Shown here piece after piece: positions 26,687 through 36,819 of a DNA stretch of 64,000 nt. The notes under the pieces are model-generated. The model did not search any database, had not been told where the DNA came from, and saw only the letters and a list, made by a program, of their open reading frames with translations. A program made the translations under genes and the position numbers. Numbering within the stretch: the stretch's first letter is position 1; each line of letters opens with the position of its first letter. Source of the DNA: a phage; NCBI GenBank assembly GCA_025829515.1, contig GCA_025829515.1_4865.1; one strand, given 5' to 3'.

Positions 26687-29600
26687 TTAATCACGAATAA
26701 TAAGTGTTCGAGCTGACGTGTTTTTCGGATTGAACGTCATCATCTTGGATGGGTGTGCCGCCAGTGGAATTTTACCTGCATCCACTGGTCGGAACGAACT
26801 GTATGAATAGTTGCACATCGCGCTGTTCATCTCATTAATCGTTGAACCTGCATCCACCACGCCAGTAAAGAATCTTGCGCGGTTTAAGCCGGAATAGTTA
26901 ATCGCATAGTCAAGGAACGTGGCGTAATAACGATTCTTTGTCGGCATCGTGTTCAGGTTAGCGTAAGTCAAACGCGCTTCTGTGTCGGAACTAAACAAAC
27001 CACCCACGCCGTGATAAATCGGCGTACTCGGATCGGTAATCAGTTTCGTCAAGTCGATATAGTCAGGACGGAGACGGGTAGACAAATCCTCAGTCCACGA
27101 CTCGCCGGTCGACTGCAAGGTGTATTTCAGCGTCTTTGTTGTCGCGGTTAGCGTCAGCTCAAAGTTGATCGTTTTAGAATCGATGTTAATCGTTCCCACG
27201 AACGAAATACCGTCCGCTGTTCGCGCGTGGCTGAAACGCACCGATGGATTAAGTGCCGTCCAGTCATGGCCGGAACCAGTAACGCCGTTCAAGCCAATAA
27301 CAACCTGTGCAGCACGTCCGTAGTTAACCGCGATTCCCGCATACGTGCTCACGCCGCCTGGAGTGGTAATACGCCCTGCGGTGCGTGCGACGAGTACAGA
27401 AATACGGTGCATGAACGTGGCCGAGTGATGGCAACACCCAATTACCGTTTCTAGCACACTGTCCGCTGTTGCGGTTAAAGGTGTCCACGTTGCGGTAATG
27501 CCGTTATTCTGGAACATCGGGAATGTGTTGTGGACAAAACGATAGTCGGTTACAGATAAACTGGTTGTTTTAAACGTCCATTTATCAGCAGCCGGATCGT
27601 AGTCCGCTTTCAACATAGGCGTATAGCTGCTAGCCTGCGCGTAACGCCAATCGGCATCTATACGTTTTGTACCTGGTGCACCCGTGGACCACACAGGCCC
27701 GCCCGTACCGTAAGTAAATCCGAAATCAGCTTGCGTCATACCCCGACGAATATGGGCGTTATCATCCTCGATATGCTCGCCTAATTCACGGAACTCACCT
27801 AAACGCGTCACGTTGCGGATTTCTACAAAAACCACACCGGTTTCACTGGTGATGATGGAACCTATTTTGGTCATCGTCTCAGTTTCTGCCGTGTTTGGAT
27901 TTTCGTAGATAATGTACTTGCCGTCATCGCCCGCCGCGTCAACATACACGCCAAACTCAGCATCTTCGTGCGTCGCTGGGAATAGCTCCGCCAAGTTAAA
28001 TGTGGAGAGAGGTACTTTGTACTCGCGACCAACGAAATAATCGTTCGCTTTAATAGTAACCATCCAGTCGGTGTAAGTGATGCCGTTTTCAATGGTATCC
28101 GTGCCGGGTAAACCGTAACGAATAATGTTGATTGAAGCACCAGAGTCGACTGTCTTCGCAACCTTCTCTATCTCTGTGATAGCGTCCGCCTGTCGGATGA
28201 CCTCACCGCCGTCTAATGCCAGCGTGGCATCGTCAACCGCGGTGCCGAACTGTACTAAACCGAACTCCGTCGTTGTTGCACGCTTAATCCCGAGCGCAGC
28301 AGGAGCGTGTGTGTGACCGACGACTGCATACTTGTCCAGCTCAGCTCGTTGGAGCGGGGAAATCGGCAATTGCACGTCTGGGATGTTCTGTACGTTCGAT
28401 AAGCCGAAGTTAGTTTTATCGATGTAAATAGAACTCGTCAGTGGCATGTCGTTGATGTACGATTTAACGGCAACCAACTTGCCCGTAAACTGCTGATCCA
28501 ATTTCTTGATGAGTGCCGGCGTTGCGGCCAAGTCCTCACGATCACCGAATTCAGTAGCCAACAAACGGACAGCCATCAGGCCAAGGTCGTCGGACTCCGG
28601 TGGAACAAAAGTACAAATGAACGGAACAGACTGAATACCGTTGCCGTTAATGGTTACAGTAGCTGTGGATGTTCCGTAAAACAGTCCATCACCACCTGAC
28701 TCGTTACCCGGCAGGTACGGTCCGACCGTAGTAGGGTCCAATAGTTTCTTACCGTTGAACTCCAATCCACGGGAATCCGGATAAAGGATGAGTTGGTTAG
28801 CCCCACCTTGCCATGTAATCGGGTTATTCCCGGCGTTAACGGTTTGCGAATCGCGGCCAATAAAACGGATAACCCTCGGGTCAACCGTGAATTGTGCACC
28901 CACGCCTTCAGACTCATCGGTACCCACTGCTGACGTTATCGAAGTCAGGCCAGGCTTCATACCGAAAGTGCCGTTGATAGACTGTGCAGCCGCCGGTAAA
29001 CGTAAAAGCTTATTCGCCAGCGTTGACAGTTTCGGCAACAGATTGTTAACGTAATCTGTCAGCTGCGGTTGCGTTTTTCCGTATACCAGTGTCGCGTCCG
29101 AAGCAATACCGTTATTCTCCAAAGCACGGATTGCGCCCCACGAATCGCGATGTGGGTTATCCTTGCGCGGCACGTGCGTATGTGCTGGTGCATCACGGTA
29201 CAGCTTATCGACAATCTGGTGATATTTTACCAGCAGCTGGTACACGTCGTTGTTAACGTCAGGTGCCGGTGCGCCTGGTAATGAACGAATCTGGACGTAA
29301 TCGTTCTCACCTGCCCACCAGTTTAGGTTGACGCCCGATTTAAACTTCAACCATTTTGCGACATCAGTTTTCTGATACCCTGGTGCAAATTCGCTCGGTG
29401 GGTTGTCAACGTTAAAGCTGTAGTTAACGGTTTGCTTGCTTGTTTTAACGGTAATGTCGTAAACGCCGTTACCTTCGCGTCTGACCACGCTAAGCTCAAT
29501 ATCACCCGCCAACTCGGTATCGGTCAGGCCAGTCGTCAACGTATAGCTGTAATTAGACGAACCAGAACCAATCGCCGTCGTTAAGGTAAGATAAATCGCG

Positions 29601-30400
29601 CGTTGCTTCAACTGAAGACGCAGGATACTTGTCCCACCGTTTGCGTAACAGAGCATCCAATCGATCAACTCGCCTGGGTTCAACGTTGTTTCCGGTGGAA
29701 TGCTCGGTAAACGGTATTTTGCCGCTAACGAATACGCACCGAACGTCGTGTTCTGGTAAGATAACGAATAACGACGACGCGACGCGTTATACGTGTAGCC
29801 GCCAGTACCGTCGTACGTCGCATACTGCTCGGATGTGATAAGCGTGACACCGGCGCGATATTGAAGGTCTAACGTGTTACGAGCAATCGGGTCAACGCGA
29901 CTGATCGCTTCACCGAGCTTAGCACCAACCGCAACAATGGCTTCCATCAACTCGGATTCGCCACGCCAGTTTTCCCAGTCGAACTTAATATCGACCGGTG
30001 GGAAATATAAATCCCCAATGACGTTATCCCATTGGCAGTCTACGGGATAGCGATCTTTATTCGCTTCTCGTTCTGCGGCGATCATTTCTGCAGTGGCTTC
30101 ACCGATGCCAATTGCGTGGTAATCGAGTGTAAAGCCACTCTGATATTTCGGGTTGGTAATCCACACACCGCCGTGACAAACATGGCCAGTGCGTGCCATG
30201 CCCGTAACGTATGCATGGGTGATGACGTAATCATCACCTAATGTTAATTTCTTGCCGCCACTCTTGACCACCAGGGATGTGGTATAAAAGGGGGCGTGTG
30301 CGGGGAACAGCATCCGGTACTTAGTACCGATCGGCGTTACCGCTTCACCGGTCTGCATATTCCCCGGTTCTTGATAGTGCGGGTCAGGGACGACAGCCAT
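26687..30400 (-). CDS. giant tail fiber / tailspike protein (1237 aa), first gene of the minus-strand structural operon
   Basis: ATG with GGAGTG RBS; N-terminal APFYTTSLVV...GDDYVITHAY anchor-like block. Confidence 0.55.
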   Translation of the reverse strand: MAVVPDPHYQEPGNMQTGEAVTPIGTKYRMLFPAHAPFYTTSLVVKSGGKKLTLGDDYVITHAYVTGMARTGHVCHGGVWITNPKYQSGFTLDYHAIGIGEATAEMIAAEREANKDRYPVDCQWDNVIGDLYFPPVDIKFDWENWRGESELMEAIVAVGAKLGEAISRVDPIARNTLDLQYRAGVTLITSEQYATYDGTGGYTYNASRRRYSLSYQNTTFGAYSLAAKYRLPSIPPETTLNPGELIDWMLCYANGGTSILRLQLKQRAIYLTLTTAIGSGSSNYSYTLTTGLTDTELAGDIELSVVRREGNGVYDITVKTSKQTVNYSFNVDNPPSEFAPGYQKTDVAKWLKFKSGVNLNWWAGENDYVQIRSLPGAPAPDVNNDVYQLLVKYHQIVDKLYRDAPAHTHVPRKDNPHRDSWGAIRALENNGIASDATLVYGKTQPQLTDYVNNLLPKLSTLANKLLRLPAAAQSINGTFGMKPGLTSITSAVGTDESEGVGAQFTVDPRVIRFIGRDSQTVNAGNNPITWQGGANQLILYPDSRGLEFNGKKLLDPTTVGPYLPGNESGGDGLFYGTSTATVTINGNGIQSVPFICTFVPPESDDLGLMAVRLLATEFGDREDLAATPALIKKLDQQFTGKLVAVKSYINDMPLTSSIYIDKTNFGLSNVQNIPDVQLPISPLQRAELDKYAVVGHTHAPAALGIKRATTTEFGLVQFGTAVDDATLALDGGEVIRQADAITEIEKVAKTVDSGASINIIRYGLPGTDTIENGITYTDWMVTIKANDYFVGREYKVPLSTFNLAELFPATHEDAEFGVYVDAAGDDGKYIIYENPNTAETETMTKIGSIITSETGVVFVEIRNVTRLGEFRELGEHIEDDNAHIRRGMTQADFGFTYGTGGPVWSTGAPGTKRIDADWRYAQASSYTPMLKADYDPAADKWTFKTTSLSVTDYRFVHNTFPMFQNNGITATWTPLTATADSVLETVIGCCHHSATFMHRISVLVARTAGRITTPGGVSTYAGIAVNYGRAAQVVIGLNGVTGSGHDWTALNPSVRFSHARTADGISFVGTINIDSKTINFELTLTATTKTLKYTLQSTGESWTEDLSTRLRPDYIDLTKLITDPSTPIYHGVGGLFSSDTEARLTYANLNTMPTKNRYYATFLDYAINYSGLNRARFFTGVVDAGSTINEMNSAMCNYSYSSFRPVDAGKIPLAAHPSKMMTFNPKNTSARTLIIRD

Positions 30401-30467
30401 TTTACACTCCTTTTCTCTGAGGGCGTCGAGTTCATACTATGACCCGAATCCTTAGAGGAAACAGCCA

Positions 30468-31730
30468 GTGACTACTGCTTATCAAGTGCGGGCCGACAGC
30501 GCTTTTGGCTTCTCTCGAGACACCCGAACTTGGGGAACCATCGATGTCACGCAGCCCTTAAATACCCTTTGTGCTAACTACCACTTTTTCGAAGTAGGAC
30601 TAGAAGCACTAGGTGCTGAATATACCTTCTATAGCCAGTATCACCTGGCTGATTTACAAAACCGTACGGACACGTTGCAAGATTGGTTAAACACCAAGTC
30701 AGGAATCGCGATTCCAACGCTTGGGAAGGGCCTACCGAAGCTCGAATTCGTTGAGGCACATTACCAGTCTATTAATGCAGATGTGCCCGTAGAAACGCAC
30801 CTGTGCCCTCCTGGGTACCACTACACCCAGGACTTCAATCCTGATGATGCACACGACGTTGTTGTAGTCTGCGACGATGAGTGGAAAGAGAAATACCGTA
30901 CTGGAGTGCTGTACAACATCAACGGCCAGTGGGTACCTCACCAATCTGACCCAGTGGGCGTTCGCTTAACCGGCGCTGGTAATATCGTGCGGCGTGCCAA
31001 TACGCCAGACATTGGCTGTCTGGTGATGGCAAATATCGGTAAAGTAAAGACCTACCCCATATCCGGTTTAACGATGAACAAACTCGATACTACGCGAGAT
31101 TACTATTCTTCGTTAATGCTGACCTTACCCGATTCCATTACAGGGAAAACCGTTGGGTTCGTCATCGGAGGTATTCTGCATTGGTTGCCGCCGCAGGGCT
31201 ATTTCAGCGACCGTGCGATTATGCTGAGTCTGCCAAACCTTAGCGTGGCGAAGATTGTATTGGAAACCCGTCGCTATTACGATTGGGACGCCATCGGTGT
31301 AGGTGATTTAAGTACGCCTACGTCCGTTCAACGTATTCGTAACTCAGAAACGTTAAAAGCGTTGCTGACGCACGAATCCTCGTTTATCTTTACGATAGAC
31401 AACCCGTATCTCGAAAAAGAGATTCACGGAATAAGCCACAACGCTATCTGGGGCCGGTTCTATTTAAAAGACCCGACTGACCCAGATGGGAAGAAGACGC
31501 TAGGTCCTATCTTTAACCGTATTGGTAAATGTGTAGGGTACTGGCCGACCTGGGAAGAAGGGGAGTGGGTCTTTAATACCACATTCTTCGACCGGGAAAA
31601 CTTTTTGTTGGGGAACGCGCGTTGGTATAACCAGAATTTGGTAAACGACGCGCAGGCAATCGTCGGGCCTTTCGGGGCTTGGGGTAAGCCGTTTGTTGAA
31701 ATGCATCGCTACAAAGCAAGAAAAAAATAA
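30468..31730 (+). CDS. hypothetical protein (420 aa)
   Basis: GTG start with AGAGGAA RBS; long ORF; transcribed divergently from the fibre operon. Confidence 0.45.
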   Translation: MTTAYQVRADSAFGFSRDTRTWGTIDVTQPLNTLCANYHFFEVGLEALGAEYTFYSQYHLADLQNRTDTLQDWLNTKSGIAIPTLGKGLPKLEFVEAHYQSINADVPVETHLCPPGYHYTQDFNPDDAHDVVVVCDDEWKEKYRTGVLYNINGQWVPHQSDPVGVRLTGAGNIVRRANTPDIGCLVMANIGKVKTYPISGLTMNKLDTTRDYYSSLMLTLPDSITGKTVGFVIGGILHWLPPQGYFSDRAIMLSLPNLSVAKIVLETRRYYDWDAIGVGDLSTPTSVQRIRNSETLKALLTHESSFIFTIDNPYLEKEIHGISHNAIWGRFYLKDPTDPDGKKTLGPIFNRIGKCVGYWPTWEEGEWVFNTTFFDRENFLLGNARWYNQNLVNDAQAIVGPFGAWGKPFVEMHRYKARKK

Positions 31731-31738
31731 AAGGTAAA

Positions 31739-31761
31739 CCCTACTCCCATTGGGAGTAGGG
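31739..31761. terminator. bidirectional terminator hairpin (CCCTACTCCC-ATT-GGGAGTAGGG)
   Basis: 10-bp perfect stem; A7-rich tract upstream and T6 downstream; between convergent genes 30468(+) and 31791(-). Confidence 0.6.
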
Positions 31762-31790
31762 TACCTATATCTTTTTTGCCCGCAGGCCGA

Positions 31791-32000
31791 TTACGCGTTT
31801 ACGTAATAGATGGCGTTGCCGAACATTTTGTTGTTGCCGCCACAAGCGGTAACTTTGAATGCTACGCCGCCTTCAGCTTCAGCTTTTTTAGCCAGCGCTT
31901 CGGTAACTTCGGTAACGGTGCTCAGTCCAGAAACCTGAACAGTGCCTGCTTCTACCAGACCAGAAACGTCGCTGCCTGCGGTGATTTCACGAATGCTCAT
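31791..32000 (-). CDS. DUF1471 (YdgH/BhsA/McbA-like) domain protein without signal peptide (69 aa)
   Basis: GTVQVSG...ALAKKAEAEGG.AFKVTA.GGNNKMFGNAIYY matches the DUF1471 consensus (GT[IV]S..G...[LA]A.KA.E.GA..[FY][RK][IV]T[SA]....N...G.A..Y) known from enterobacterial stress proteins; GGAGA RBS. Confidence 0.55.
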   Translation of the reverse strand: MSIREITAGSDVSGLVEAGTVQVSGLSTVTEVTEALAKKAEAEGGVAFKVTACGGNNKMFGNAIYYVNA

Positions 32001-32208
32001 TTACTTATCTCCATTAACAAATGATAGCAGAAGAACCCTATGTCCAACTACTTGTACTTCGAGGCATATTAACTGCCCCGTCTCGTAAATTAGTTGACAA
32101 TAAACCGGCTTTTGTGCGAAAAAAGTGGCTAACCGTGTACAAGCGATTTGGGTTATCGTTACAGTTAGGAGGTTTATTGTCACAATATACAGCTCACACG
32201 TAATTAAA

Positions 32209-33141
32209 TTAGTGCGGTGTGCTAGTGTCGTTGCCCGGACCATGGCCAGTATGCAAGTGAAGACTAAAGGTAATGCCGCCGATAACCGATTCGGTAACTG
32301 TGAATGTGCCCTTACCTTCACCCTTGCCGTTATAGAGGAAATCCTTACCTACTTCCAGGTTACCGGTAAATAGATTCGTTGGGCATGTGGTCTTCCAGTC
32401 TTCAGTCGTCCATGCCATGTTTTTCGACGCTGTAGAGTTGCGAGTTTCGCACTTCTCGTTAATCGTCTTTGTCTCGAGATTAATAGAACGTTTAGCATAA
32501 ATGAAAGCGTCCTCTTTATTAATATTAATCTTCGACCGGCAGGCGTTTTCAAACCCTAAGTCATCCTCTGGGGAGTTAAGGTAGAACTTACGCCCTTCGT
32601 CATCTACTAACTGGAAAAACCCATCGCGCGTGTTCAATTGAAATAGATACGCATTTTTCTCACCGTTAGTCATACTGGTACGTAAAGTAACGTGACCATC
32701 CATCGGGGAGATATTCAGTACGTAGGCGTTAGAGAGGTCATCGGCCATCTGGTTTACTGGGTCAGCAGACCAGGCGTATACCCCATCTTCCAGTCGCTTA
32801 ACGTTACTGTTGTTTAAATCTTCCCAGAAGTACATATCGGTTTCACCGATACGCCAGATTCTTACGTAATCTTCTTTTTTCACATCCGGAGGGTTAACCC
32901 GGTTGCTGTTGGACTTCATCCATTTTGCAGTGATGGCATTACCTTGCTTTACAGTAAGGTTGTCAGTACCACTTAAACTGTTGTGTTGCTTCTCTACAGG
33001 TGTCTCTGTTGCATCGACAGCTGTTGGATTAATAAAGTTAACTTCGATAGGGATGACTTTAACTCGAGTGGCACCACGAGGTTTATCTTCCGCGACGATA
33101 CCTATCGAGAAGATGTGCAACCCTGACTTAGATTTATTCAT
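32209..33141 (-). CDS. hypothetical protein (310 aa)
   Basis: ATG with AGGAGGG RBS; Lys/Asn-rich; no recognised motif. Confidence 0.5.
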   Translation of the reverse strand: MNKSKSGLHIFSIGIVAEDKPRGATRVKVIPIEVNFINPTAVDATETPVEKQHNSLSGTDNLTVKQGNAITAKWMKSNSNRVNPPDVKKEDYVRIWRIGETDMYFWEDLNNSNVKRLEDGVYAWSADPVNQMADDLSNAYVLNISPMDGHVTLRTSMTNGEKNAYLFQLNTRDGFFQLVDDEGRKFYLNSPEDDLGFENACRSKININKEDAFIYAKRSINLETKTINEKCETRNSTASKNMAWTTEDWKTTCPTNLFTGNLEVGKDFLYNGKGEGKGTFTVTESVIGGITFSLHLHTGHGPGNDTSTPH

Positions 33142-33321
33142 ACCACCCTCCTCTCATACTACACTTTTTTACGTTTCGATCTCATCGTTTGACAATCGAG
33201 GAGTGTACGGGGGTAAGGGGGTTTATGTATTGGATGCGAACATAAACGGAGGTATCCGTAGGATACCGACATCCTTTTTGTAGTTGACCTTGACTTTTAA
33301 CCTAACGAGGAGTGCAGTACC

Positions 33322-33639
33322 ATGTCTTTATTTCAAACCATTAAAAGTGCATTAGAGCGTAATGATGCAGACAGTGCCTTTACTGCGTTGCAGAAAGCCA
33401 GTAACGGGAAGCTAGACAGCGTCTTTGCTAACAATCAAAGAATGCGCTTTTACAAAGTCGGGGAAGTAGACCAGTTCTACGACGAACTGTTTACGGGGGT
33501 AGTGCAAAGCGCGGTATACGCCATGCCGACTGAACAATTAAGTCAGTTTGAAAAAGGGATGCGTTACCAGCGGTTAAGTAACGACTACGCATTACTGAAT
33601 CTGGCTATCGATGACTGCATCGTACTGGTTGTATACTAA
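33322..33639 (+). CDS. hypothetical protein (105 aa)
   Basis: ATG with GAGGAG RBS. Confidence 0.45.
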   Translation: MSLFQTIKSALERNDADSAFTALQKASNGKLDSVFANNQRMRFYKVGEVDQFYDELFTGVVQSAVYAMPTEQLSQFEKGMRYQRLSNDYALLNLAIDDCIVLVVY

Positions 33640-33759
33640 GTTTTTACAGATAGATGTCATCTTAGTGAGCATTGTGTATAAACCCACAGTCGCTTAAACA
33701 CCAACTGTTCTTTAGTAACAGTTTTTGGTCACTTTAGTGTACTTTAAAGGAAATACCGA

Positions 33760-34998
33760 ATGTATAACGAATACGAATTAGTTTACCAGACACCGAAAGA
33801 AGCATTCTTTAATGCAGTAATTACTAACTCAATTGTACTGTTGGGAATGCAGTTCAGTGTTCGGAGTATGGCTTACAGCGATGTAACGTGGCAGGATTGT
33901 GCGTACCTGCCACAAAAGCTCTCAACCGTTGTCGAAAAGCGGCTGCTTGACAAAGGGGAAGTAAAGTGCCGTTTAGGCCACCACGTCTCTGACTTAGCGC
34001 CGTGGGTTGAGTTAACCATGACGTTCGAAGGGGATTCGCGGGTAGTTTACCTATCAGGTAATCAAAACATCGGACGCGCCATTGCTGAGGGTAACACAAT
34101 GTGGGTGCACTACATTCTTACTCTGCTGACCGGTAAACCGGTGTTCGAGTTAACACCTGACATGCCGGCACTAAGCGATAGCAATTGGTGGACTGGCGGA
34201 GAGCTGAATACAGGGTTTAATGAGAAATTACAAAACTTTAATTCAGAGCGACTCGATGTTGATGCGGAAGTGTTGGTGCAGCAGTTCCCCGAATTCACTG
34301 CGTACCAAATTACTACCGTATGGAATAGAGCGGTAAGCAAGCGCAGATTCTACACAAAAAATGCACCGCGTGAAGCAGCCAAACCTGTGGAAATTGACGA
34401 AGACACCAAAGAAGCACTGCGTGATCTAGCCACCATAGCCAATGATGGCAATACGATGTTCTGGACATCTGATGAAAACGCTAACCGTTATTTCGGTGAG
34501 ATGTTAGACGCCGATGTTTGGTCAGTAATGCCGATAGCAGAGCCTGGAAACCTTAAAGATTACTATAAGGTCGAAAAGGATGAGGTGGTTAATGAGAAAG
34601 TCGTCGCTCTTCTTGCTGTTTTCCGCGAAGTTATCCAGTCAGAAATACTGTTAAGCATCTATAAACGCAAGACCCCGGCCAGTGAAAATGACACGGCGTG
34701 GGTATTTGACTGTCGACCAACAAATACAACATCGCCCGCGTTCTGGATACAGGTGTCAGGAACGCTGCAGCGCGTGAACAGTTCCGTTGTTTCTCGCCTG
34801 CCGGATTCTGAAATGCGCTCCGTTGCCGAACCTGCTTATTTGATGTCGGCGAAGGCGGTACGGGACGCGTGGGGTACCAGCGAACTGAAACAGTGGCACT
34901 ACGACGCCATCATCAAATGGGGTGTTAACAATGGCTGGAAAGAAGTGACTAAGTACGGCCGTCAACTGTTGTTTGTCGCAGATTTGCGTTTACTGTAA
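33760..34998 (+). CDS. hypothetical protein (412 aa)
   Basis: ATG with AAAGGAA RBS; followed by a terminator. Confidence 0.5.
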   Translation: MYNEYELVYQTPKEAFFNAVITNSIVLLGMQFSVRSMAYSDVTWQDCAYLPQKLSTVVEKRLLDKGEVKCRLGHHVSDLAPWVELTMTFEGDSRVVYLSGNQNIGRAIAEGNTMWVHYILTLLTGKPVFELTPDMPALSDSNWWTGGELNTGFNEKLQNFNSERLDVDAEVLVQQFPEFTAYQITTVWNRAVSKRRFYTKNAPREAAKPVEIDEDTKEALRDLATIANDGNTMFWTSDENANRYFGEMLDADVWSVMPIAEPGNLKDYYKVEKDEVVNEKVVALLAVFREVIQSEILLSIYKRKTPASENDTAWVFDCRPTNTTSPAFWIQVSGTLQRVNSSVVSRLPDSEMRSVAEPAYLMSAKAVRDAWGTSELKQWHYDAIIKWGVNNGWKEVTKYGRQLLFVADLRLL

Positions 34999-35004
34999 TC
35001 TCGT

Positions 35005-35037
35005 CATCGGGGGTCTTGTACCCCCTTCTTATTTTTT
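35005..35037 (+). terminator. rho-independent terminator (GGGGG-TCTTGTA-CCCCC, T-run)
   Basis: GC stem followed by TTCTTATTTTTT. Confidence 0.55.
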
Positions 35038-35058
35038 AACCGTAAAGAGTATTTAACC

Positions 35059-35640
35059 ATGCCACAACCAATTATTGAACAACATGAAATGAACTACGAA
35101 GAACTGACCCGCCGCTATCGCGTGAAAGCCCCACGGGTAGTAGAAGGTTGCGAGAAATACAAAGAAGCAGACTTCGTGGTATTCCAACGCGAAGGTGTTC
35201 CGATGATGGTGTTCGTAAAACACGTCACCACCGATAACGACGCCCGTCTAGTGATGTTGTATAACGTAATGGCTACCGTACTAGATACCGATATTGGACT
35301 GTTACGTCGTTATAAATCATCCTACGAACAGAAAGCGAAGGTAGTTGCTTTTGACTTACCACGCACGGTACTAGTAGATGGTTCCCGTCCGGCTATTCTT
35401 CGTTTTACGAAAAGCGAAGACGACAGTAACCCAGCGCATATTGTTCAGCCACTAACGCTGTCGCAAGATACGTTACAGCAGAACGGCGGGATGGATTGGC
35501 TAAACGTCATGTTACCGGGCCTAGCTGAAGGTCAGGAATTGCATCTGGTTTGCTACACCCCATCCGTCGAGCACACCTATGCGCGTTACCTTACCGAAGA
35601 ACACGGTTTCCGTAACCACCGCGGTATTTACATTGCGTAA
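35059..35640 (+). CDS. hypothetical protein (193 aa)
   Basis: ORF track; ATG; codon usage consistent with neighbours. Confidence 0.45.
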   Translation: MPQPIIEQHEMNYEELTRRYRVKAPRVVEGCEKYKEADFVVFQREGVPMMVFVKHVTTDNDARLVMLYNVMATVLDTDIGLLRRYKSSYEQKAKVVAFDLPRTVLVDGSRPAILRFTKSEDDSNPAHIVQPLTLSQDTLQQNGGMDWLNVMLPGLAEGQELHLVCYTPSVEHTYARYLTEEHGFRNHRGIYIA

Positions 35641-35649
35641 GGTGAATGT

Positions 35650-36213
35650 ATGTTCCGTTTACTAGAAATTCGAAACGATATCTGGCAAGAGCACATCCGC
35701 AACGATCCGGAGTGGGAAGGAGTTGAACGTGATTTACCGGATAACCCCGACCAGCTGCTGGTATTCCTTTATAGCGATAAGGCTAAACAGATCAAGGGGA
35801 TATTTGAACGTAAAACGACAAGCTTGTCGACCTTACTGAGCTGCATTTGCTGCGGCGTCAGTGAGCTTGATCCCAATCTATTCACCAACTATCTTGCGCG
35901 TAAAGTCCGTACACCGCTACTGGAGGTTACACTCCCGCCAGATATTCGTATCAGTAAAACCGTACCGACCGTTTTGCGTTTACAGGATGTGTCTGGTAGT
36001 AGCGACGACGGGGAAACAACGATTACCCTTTCCTCGTCAGAGAGTGAACTCGCAACCGAATCGTTTCTTAGCGAAGTCGAGGCCGGATTAAAGCAGGACG
36101 TAATCGTCTATAATCTCGGCGGTGTGCCCATTGATCCCATTTTACACTTCTTTGAAAGCCAAACCTGCCATCTCGTAGAAAGCTTAACATACCACTTTAA
36201 AGGAGCTTTATGA
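35650..36213 (+). CDS. hypothetical protein (187 aa)
   Basis: ATG with AAGGTG RBS. Confidence 0.45.
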   Translation: MFRLLEIRNDIWQEHIRNDPEWEGVERDLPDNPDQLLVFLYSDKAKQIKGIFERKTTSLSTLLSCICCGVSELDPNLFTNYLARKVRTPLLEVTLPPDIRISKTVPTVLRLQDVSGSSDDGETTITLSSSESELATESFLSEVEAGLKQDVIVYNLGGVPIDPILHFFESQTCHLVESLTYHFKGAL

Positions 36214-36740
36214 TGAAACTCGAAGGCTACGTTGTTACTGATAAACCTTTTGCTGAAGCCAACCTGTCGCGTTCACAGGTTGTTTATAAAGACATCGATG
36301 TGCCTGCCGAAATCGTTAAAGCGAATCCCAGCTGGCTAATCAACCACGTTTCTTTGGAAATCACCAATCCGTTTATCAACGATCCAACCGACCCATTTGT
36401 CGACATGGGTAATTTCCGCGATATTCTTTCCCCACATCAATACCAGACAGTGGCACAGAAGAAAGGGAAGCTGCTCACTGAAACGAATGAGTGGGAGCGT
36501 ATCCAAGAGCGTCATCCTGAAAAGGGTTTGATGGAAATTTATCACCAACACCCTAAAGAGTTTGACAAATTACCTCTGTGGGCATCGGTGGCGTATAACT
36601 GCAGTGGGATATATGACCATCTGTTGCTGAGCGGATACGATGGCGCAATACACGCAGCCGAAGGCCCGCACACGCCGGTAACTGTTTATCACACATTTCA
36701 CCCAGCGCGCATCACTTTCATCGAAACGTTGAGTGTGTAG
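36210..36740 (+). CDS. hypothetical protein (176 aa)
   Basis: ATGA start/stop overlap with the upstream gene; AAGGAG RBS. Confidence 0.5.
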   Translation: MMKLEGYVVTDKPFAEANLSRSQVVYKDIDVPAEIVKANPSWLINHVSLEITNPFINDPTDPFVDMGNFRDILSPHQYQTVAQKKGKLLTETNEWERIQERHPEKGLMEIYHQHPKEFDKLPLWASVAYNCSGIYDHLLLSGYDGAIHAAEGPHTPVTVYHTFHPARITFIETLSV

Positions 36741-36747
36741 TTTATCT

Positions 36748-36786
36748 CCAGTAACCACGAGGGTTACTGGAGTCCTCTTATTTTTT
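36748..36786 (+). terminator. rho-independent terminator (CCAGTAACC...GGTTACTGG, T-run)
   Basis: 9-bp stem followed by CTCTTATTTTTT. Confidence 0.55.
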
Positions 36787-36819
36787 ACACTTAACTCAAA
36801 TTAATTTGAGGTGTGGTAT

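Noticed and set aside
32001-32208. 208-bp intergenic region with a TTGACA hexamer, considered as a plus-strand sigma70 promoter or small RNA gene
   Set aside because: There is no matching -10 at appropriate spacing and no downstream plus-strand gene; it is more likely the 5' leader/promoter region of the minus-strand DUF1471 gene. No tRNA-like cloverleaf was recognisable.
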